Part shown: positions 38,541-46,000 of the stretch, one piece after another
Layout: every line of letters begins with the position of its first letter
How positions within the stretch are numbered: the stretch's first letter is position 1
NCBI GenBank assembly: GCA_976226885.1
Contig: OZ320319.1
Location: forward strand, 34,410,001-34,474,000
Length of the DNA stretch: 64,000 bases
Source: Iphione sp. A-MEVVRFRX5
Taxonomy: Eukaryota
Direction of reading: 5' to 3'
Program-made: the position numbers and the translations under genes
The notes under the pieces: model-generated
What the model saw: the letters and a program-made list of their open reading frames with translations, nothing else
What the model was told of the DNA's origin: nothing
Databases searched by the model: none

Positions 38541-40045
38541 TTGGTGGCAGCGGTGGGATTGAGGACCCACCGGCTGGTAGGAGACGTTCGGCAGGGAGAG
38601 GGGTGTCTGCACCTACGAGAGGAAAAGGGGTGGGACGCATAGCGCCTCCCCAAGACTGGGTTTCGAGTGAAGAAGAGACCCTGAGCTCGGACAGCGACAT
38701 CACGTTCGCGGAGATGGGCCGCAGAGGGACGGCCCGCAGCGGCACGGGTTCACCAGACCGCAGCGGCGATGCAGGACCATCGCACCGCAGCGGCACACTG
38801 GCTGACTGCCGCAGCGGATCTGGGGTCGCGAAGGGAGACTCGAGCGGGGTACGCCGCTGCGGCACCAACGCACCGCAAGGCCCCTCGGGCAGGGGGGCGG
38901 GAAGTGAACCGACCGGCGCCGCGGGCGCCGCAGCGGCCGGGGCCCCGCCGGTCCCGGGCCCTCGACCCATCCGAGGGGGTGCAACGGCCCGACCCCCAGT
39001 GAGCCCCAACCTGACTTCAACTGCGACGTCAACCCCCACCCCGTCCCCGACGGGGGCGACCGGGGGGGAAGGCGTGACACCGGCAGTACCGCCACACCAC
39101 CCCTCGGCGGGGGAGGAACTCGGCGCGGCGGAACCGGCCCACCTAGTGAGGGACTTGCTTTCGGAGCTCCAGTCAGCCCTCCGTCCACCGGCTCCGCCCC
39201 CTAAGCGATTCCATGTGAAGCCGGAGTCGTTCAACGGTAATGTACCGTTGGCGGAGTTCCTCCACCACTTCGGATTGGTGGCAAAAGCCAACCGCTGGGA
39301 GGAAGCCGAGCAGGCACTTCAGTTGAGTGTCTGCCTCCGCGGCTCCGCGCAGTCCGCCCTGCGGTCCGCAGCAGTGGACGTTACTGCGCCGGGAGCCTTC
39401 ACTCGTATCGTAGAGGTGCTTCGCCTCCGCTTCCAATCGGAGGATCGGGCAACTTACTACGAGCAAGAGCTAAAGCAACGTAAACAAGGGAAGGACGAGG
39501 ACGTACAGAAGCTCGCAGAAGAAGTGGAGCGGCTAGTCCGACAGGCATACCCGGAGGCGGAAGGGTCCTGGCTGGACCGAATGTGCCGCGACGCCTTCGT
39601 CTCGGCTCTTCGGGATGAACGGAGCCGGAGATGGGTGGTTCAGGCCAAGGCCCGGACCTTCCAATCTGCCATCTCGGAAGCGCTCCTGGCGGAGTCCTAC
39701 CACCGGGCCGAGAAAGAAAGGACATCCGGGGCTACAGCGAGCCGAGTGCATGCTGCGCAGACGGAGGCTCAGGAGGTTGCTGTAGCCAGCGCAAAACCCC
39801 CCCCCTCCTCTGGGCTGGAGAAAATCGAGAAGCTGCTGCTACAGCTACTGGAGCGACCGGTTGCGCCCTCAAGCACACCCTCTGCCGGAAAGAAAGGGGG
39901 GAAGAAGAACGGAGGCGAGGGCTGCTTCTTTTGTAAGCAGCCGGGCCACTTTAAGAGGGACTGCCCGGCACGGAAAGCGGCCGAGTCAGAGGCCACCCCC
40001 CCGACTCCACCGGAAAACGAGCAGCCGCCCGTCCCAGCGCAGTAG
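38510..40045 (+). CDS. gag: Gag (511 aa): disordered RSG/Pro-rich N-terminus, capsid-like domain, single CCHC zinc knuckle
   Basis: FHVKPESFNGNVPLAEFLHHFGLVAKANRW...LRGSA (gypsy capsid-like) and CFFCKQPGHFKRDC (CX2CX4HX4C). The first AUG after the TATA/Inr is 38510; an alternative Met lies near 38714. Confidence 0.93.
   Translation: MSYLRSGKRYIGGSGGIEDPPAGRRRSAGRGVSAPTRGKGVGRIAPPQDWVSSEEETLSSDSDITFAEMGRRGTARSGTGSPDRSGDAGPSHRSGTLADCRSGSGVAKGDSSGVRRCGTNAPQGPSGRGAGSEPTGAAGAAAAGAPPVPGPRPIRGGATARPPVSPNLTSTATSTPTPSPTGATGGEGVTPAVPPHHPSAGEELGAAEPAHLVRDLLSELQSALRPPAPPPKRFHVKPESFNGNVPLAEFLHHFGLVAKANRWEEAEQALQLSVCLRGSAQSALRSAAVDVTAPGAFTRIVEVLRLRFQSEDRATYYEQELKQRKQGKDEDVQKLAEEVERLVRQAYPEAEGSWLDRMCRDAFVSALRDERSRRWVVQAKARTFQSAISEALLAESYHRAEKERTSGATASRVHAAQTEAQEVAVASAKPPPSSGLEKIEKLLLQLLERPVAPSSTPSAGKKGGKKNGGEGCFFCKQPGHFKRDCPARKAAESEATPPTPPENEQPPVPAQ
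38542..38560 (+). promoter_or_regulatory. Primer-binding site, tRNA-Leu
   Basis: TGGTGGCAGCGGTGGGATT is complementary to the 3' end of metazoan tRNA-Leu(AAG/TAG) (...AAUCCCACCGCUGCCA-CCA); it starts 1 nt after the LTR. Confidence 0.88.
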
Positions 40046-40055
40046 GGCGGGCGGC
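40012..40055 (+). promoter_or_regulatory. Putative -1 programmed ribosomal frameshift signal (gag-pol)
   Basis: G_GAA_AAC in gag frame (40012-40018), a 5-nt spacer, then an 11-bp stem 40024-40034/40045-40055. The pol frame is -1 relative to gag and open from 39937. Confidence 0.72.
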
Positions 40056-40077
40056 GAACGCAGCAGAGACCCCCCTG

Positions 40078-43000
40078 ATGGCCCTGGCTTCCGCCGTGGA
40101 GGAAGAACCTTCGGTAGTCCTGGCGGGACGACGGCGGAAGGGCTGCAGCGGGGTGCTCCTGGAGGGGAGCTTAGCGGGAGTCTCGGTAGATTGGCTCATA
40201 GACACGGGGGCGTCGGCGTCCCTCTTGTCATCCCGGATATTCGAGACCTTGGAAGGGGTCCCGCTGGGACCGGTGGATGCTCGAGTATTTGGGGTGGATG
40301 GCGGAGCCTTACGGGTCCGAGGCTCCATTGAAGCGGAGGTCCAATTCGGACCAGTTTCGCTACCAGTTCGAGCAAAGGTAGTAGACATGGAGATCCCGGC
40401 GTTGCTGGGCCTGGACTGGCTAGACCGCTGGGGAGCAGCGGTTGACGCCAGGCTGGCCCAAGTTACGTTGAGACCTGGCCTTATAGATCGAGCGGCAAGC
40501 CTCCGTGCCCTCCGGGATCAGGAGATTCCGGCCGGGCAGACGGGCTGGGTCCAGGCGGAAGCGTGCGTGGGGAGCTTGGGCTCCCCGGAGGGAGTGACCA
40601 CGGCGAACCTCCGGTTTGAGGAACGCTCGGGGCTGCGGGTAGCCCAGGCTGTGGTCAAGCCCGAGGGAGGACGAGTGTGGGTCCCTGTATGGAACCCAGG
40701 TCCGCAGTTGGCGCGCGTTTTCGGGGGGACACGACTCGCAGAATATCAACCAGTGGATGTCCTGGCAGGCGCGGTCAGCGCTGCGGAAGAAGGAGTGGAA
40801 CAGGACGAGGCGGTGCAACTCCTACTCAGACAACTCCCCGAACACTTGTCCGCGGAGGATCGGGAACGTATCGGAGGCATGTTGCGGGAAAACAAAGAGG
40901 TGTTCCAAACAGAGAGCGGGCCCCTCGGCTGCAATCCTGAGGTACAGCATCGGATAGACACGCAGGGCCATCCACCCATCCGACAGAGGGCTCGGAGGCT
41001 ACCACCCCATAAACGGGCGGTGGTACAGGAAGAGATCGACAAGATGGTGGGGAAGGGGGTGTTGGAAGCCTCCACTAGCCCCTGGGCATCGCCATTAGTG
41101 CTGGTGCAGAAGAAGGATGGGGGTGTGCGCTTCTGCATCGACTATCGGAAGCTTAACCAGGTCACCAAGAAGGATGCATACCCGCTTCCCCGCATAGACG
41201 ACACGTTAGACGCGCTACAGGGCAGCAAGTACTTCTCCGCCATCGACCTGGCCAGTGGGTACTGGCAGGTCCGGATGGCCCCGGAGGACGCGGAGAAAAC
41301 GGCCGTATGCACACCTGTGGGGCTGTACCAGTTCCGGGTGATGCCCTTCGGGCTGTGCAACGCCCCATCGACCTTCGAGAGGTTGATGGAGGCCGTCCTC
41401 CGGGGTCTGGTGGGCCTGGAGTGCCTAGTTTACCTAGACGATGTGATCGTCTTGGGGCGGTCGGTGGAGGAAATGTGTGCCCGACTGAACACCGTATTCC
41501 GTCGCCTGCGGGAGGCGGGCCTGCGGGTCAAGGCAAAGAAGTGTCAACTGTTCCGACGGGAGGTGGACTACTTAGGCCATCGGGTGTCCGAGGAAGGAGT
41601 GGGGGTCGACCCGGAAAAGGTCCGGGCCATCGTGGAATGGCCTCGCCCCCGCTGCTCGGCGGAGGTCCGCAGCTTCCTGGGGCTTTGCTCCTATTATAGG
41701 AGCTTTGTGCAAGGTTTTGCCACCATCGCCTCTCCGTTGCACTCCCTCGCGGACAAAGCGGCCGAGTTCCGCTGGACCGAGGCCTGCCAGGAGGCTTTTG
41801 AGCGGCTGAAACTACAACTAGCCTCCACGCCAATCCTGGGGTACCCGGCCCCTCGTGGCCGGCTACTGCTCGACACCGACGCTTCTGACACCGGGGTCGG
41901 GGCGGTCCTCTCGCAGGAACAAGGGGAACAGGAACGCGTGTTGGCCTATGCCAGCCGTACTCTCACCCGCCAGGAGCGCAATTATTGCGTTACCCGAAGA
42001 GAGTTGCTGGCCGTGGTGTTCGCACTCAGAAAATTCCGTTGCTATGTGAACGGCCGCCAGCTGGAGATTCGAACTGACCACGACTCCTTGAAGTGGCTGT
42101 GTAACTTCCGGGAGCCTCAAGGCCAGCTGGCGCGCTGGTTAGAGGAGGTGTTCTGCCACGATGTGCAGATCAAGCACCGCCCTGGACGCCAGCACGCTAA
42201 CGCGGATGCCCTTTCCCGACAAGAGTGTAAACAATGTGGCCGGCGGGGAGAGGCCGAGGAAGAACGCGCCGCCGCCGTCGCAGTAAGAGGAGTGGTGGGA
42301 GGTCCCGAGCTGGCAGCGGCACAGAGAGAAGAACCCACGACGGCAGAATTACTCACCGCCCTCGAGGAAGGACAAGCTATTCCGGGTCTGCGCCTGGGGT
42401 TAACTTGGGAAGAGAGGCAACTGCGCTCGGAGGGGGATCGTTTGGCCCAGCGAGAGGGAATCCTGATCCGGCGCTGGGAGAGAGAGGACGGGCAGGTGGT
42501 GCCGCAAGCCTATGTCCCCAAGACGCTGCGGAAGGCCCTCTGGCAAGAGGCCCATGCAGGGGCTCTGGGGGGCCATTTGGGAGCGGAGAAGACCGGAGCG
42601 ATGCTGAGGATGCGTTGGTTCTGGCCAGGAATGTCGCGGGACATAGAGCGTTGGAGCCGGTGCTGCAAGGCCTGCCAACAACGGAAGGGGCCAGGGTGGA
42701 AACGCCGAGCCCCCCTACAGAGGCGCCCGGTAGCGGAGCCGTGGGAGATACTGGCTGTCGACATCTTGGGGCCACTTCCGATCACCACCCGCGGCCACCG
42801 CTATATCCTGGTAGTTGCTGACCACTTTTCGAAGTGGACAGAGGCCTTCCCCCTCGCGGAGGCCACAGCAGTCGCCACGGCCGAAGTGATCATCCGAGAA
42901 ATTGTATGCCGGTTCGGACCCCCCCGGGTCCTGCATTCCGACCAAGGCCGCAATTTCGAGGCAGCCCTGTTCGCAGAGGTGCTCCATCTGCTTGGAATCG

Positions 43001-46000
43001 AGAAGTCGCGCACGACCCCTTACCACCCTCAGGCAGATGGGGTGGTGGAGCGATTTAATCGCACCTTGGGGAATATGCTCGGGACCCTGGCGGAGGAGCG
43101 GCACCAGGACTGGGACCTGGCGTTGCCATTTGTGATGGCCGCCTACCGTGCGACCCCACACAGCGCTACGGGAGAGTCCCCCAACTGGGTGTTGCTGCAC
43201 CGAGAGGTCACCCTGCCGATTGAATTACGCTATGGACACCCAGGACCGACGCCGGTCGAACGGGGGGAGTATACGAGCAGACTGGAGGAGGAAGTTCGCT
43301 CCGCCCACGAGCGGGTAGCGACGCGACTCAGCCGCGTAGCCGCCCACCAGAAAGATTGGTACGACCGGAAGGTGCGTCCGCAGTCGTATCATGAAGGGCA
43401 GAAGGTGTGGCTGTTTACCCCGTTACGGAAAAAGGGCGTCTCCCCAAAACTACAGAGTTGGTGGGAGGGCCCGTGGGTAGTGGAAAAGGCACTGTCCCCA
43501 GTCGTGTATCGAGTCAGCCGGGCGAAGAGGAAACGGGTAGTCCACGCCGATCGGCTGAAGCCAGCCCACTTGGACCCACACATCACCTGCAGAGGTAGGG
43601 ATGAGCCGCTGCGGAACGACCCATGCCGCAGCGGCAATCCGACAGAGGGCAGCATGAGTCTGGCCAGGACCGCCACTATAAGTACCCTCCCCCTACCAGA
43701 CTCCCCCCCACGTCACGGTAGGCTACGCGAGGAACTTAGGATACCGCAGCGGCACAAGATCGTTGTCGACAAGGAAGACTACATACCGCTGCGGAACTAT
43801 TCCAAACTAGAGGGCGCTGCGGTCTACACTTCCGCCGCTGCTGTTGCATATCACGCTCGTGGCCCTGTATCGTTCGTCAAGGAGGTCAACTGGTTGAAAA
43901 TACCGGCATTTTCCGCCAGACAAGGGGTCTGGCCGCTGCACAGCTCCCCTAGGACTTCCGCTGCGCCTCGTACCCCTTCAACAATCACGCCCCACGAGGT
44001 GAGCTGTATTATTCATTTTGGCATGGGCGATATTACGGGTAAGCAAGCTAGACCGCGTTGGATTAATGGGCTCGGCCGAGCCGCAGCGGCTGTCAAGTAT
44101 GATCGAATTGTACGGGTTGGGGGTACCGCTGCAGAAGGGGCCACGTGGAACCGATTCTCACACGGCTATCTCTCTTCCGCAGCGAGGTGGGCGTGCCGCG
44201 CCGGCACCACGTGCAGCCGATTGATCCCGCTCCGCCGCGGCAGCACCCAAGCGTCACGAAGAAGTCCTACGCACCGCAGCGGCATATCCGACGGCACCAC
44301 CCGGTCGGCTAGTACAGAGAGGGTCCCCACCGTCGCCGCCGCAGAAGGACTTCCCGCCCTCCCTATACCGGCGCCCGCCGCAGCGGACCTCAAGAGTGCC
44401 ACCTCCCCGGGTCGTGCTGCAGCGGCACGGTCCACCGAAGTACGCCGTCGCAACCGCTACCCTCATCGTTCGTGGAGGAGTGAGCGGAGCCGCTGTGCCA
44501 TGGCAGAGGAAGGGTCTTCGTCCTCCTCGTCTCCCGCATCATCGCCCCCGTCTTCGCCGGAGAGGCCGGAGAGGCCGGACCAACCACGCCCCTTCGTCTG
44601 CCCCCTCTGTGGAGTGGGCTTTTCCCTACAATCCAACCTCAACCGGCACCACGGGGATGTCCACCTCCCAGAGGGCTTCGGCTGGTTGTGCCCGGTGGAA
44701 GCATGTGGTCAACAGGCATTCCACAGGCGCACGGACTGGAAGCGCCATCTTTTGCACGTTCACAGTCCCAACGACTTCTTGTTTACAGTAGATGTGGGCT
44801 ACTTGCGCTTCTGGGGGCTCAACCCGACCCGCGGAGAGCGCCGGCTGTGTCCCGCCAGCCTGGAGGGTGAGTTTCGCCGGCGGCAGAAAGTTGAGGCTCG
44901 AAACCGCCAACGAGAACGCCGGGCGGGGCTGGGGATCGGCGGCTCAGGCAAGACCAAGCGGAAGAAGAACACTGAGGGATGCAACACTACTGCCACTCCT
45001 AATCCGCCGCCGGCCGGAGGAGGGGATCCCGGTACACCCCTGCAGGACGAGAGGCCAACGGAACCTGGGCCGCCACCTACTGACGCCTCTCGACCAAGCG
45101 GAAGTTCATCAGCCGGGGGCGAGCCACAGCCCTCAACGTCCACCGGGACAGCGACGCCCGCCGGGTCGAGGGCGATCGGCGGCGAGAAAAAGAAGAAGAA
45201 GAAGAAAGCCTCCCGGCCGCAGGTCACCTCCCCAGGGGGGAAGCGGGCACGACGCCGCATGGGAGTGGTGGCCCGGGATTGGCAGGCGACTGCCCCTCAT
45301 TCGACGGGCCAGGCAGCCGCCCCCTCTTGTCATTGCTCCGCCAGCGCCCCTGGAGTGCGTGCAGTTACTGTAGCGGAGGGGACGGCACCGAGAGATGCGA
45401 CCGCCGGGGGCGGGCCCCGGACCCCCTTGGCCACTCCACCCACTACTAGCGGGTCCGAGAGAGACGGAACGTCTCAGGGAGACAGTACGCCAGCTGCGGC
45501 GTACTCTGGACCGGCGCTTCCGTCCCGCTATGAACGCGGGGTGGCGCGGCGCACCTACGGCCGCACGCCACCAGAGGTAGCCCGGCCGCGTACGCCGCCC
45601 CCGCCTCCCCGGGTGACCACACCAGGAGACATTGACCTCCCCGGGACGACCCACGTACGACGTCTCTTCGAGGACGAAGACGGGGAGCCTATTCCAACGG
45701 CTGACGATGCGGCACAGATATTGGTGTCCTTGGCTGGGCCGGCCAAGTTGTCACCCCTTCCACCTACGACAGGAGCCAGACCATCGATGGGTCGCGGTAA
45801 TGACCGTACGCCCGTGGGAGGGACTAGGCAGGTGGGAATTCGTGCCACCTTCCGCACCAAAGACAGCAACAGGGGTGCCCGGTCTCCCTCTCCGCTGCGC
45901 CGGCCCGGTCGCAGTCGTGGAGTCACTCGCCGCTCCACGCCCCCACGCCCCGGAGCGTGCCCGACCCCGCAGGAGGAGGCGGACCGGCAGTTAGACCTGC

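Noticed and set aside
38536-39291. 251-aa antisense ORF opposite gag
   Set aside because: Shadow ORF of GC-rich coding sequence; no domain motifs.
38734-44386. CRISPR-like array interpretation of the repeated palindromes
   Set aside because: Eukaryotic context, 9-bp units, irregular spacing and no cas genes.
44593-44763. Functional link between the element's GCG-reading finger and the adjacent EGR corepressor NAB
   Set aside because: NAB binds the EGR R1 domain, not zinc fingers, and no R1-like sequence is evident; adjacency of a single insertion is most likely coincidental.
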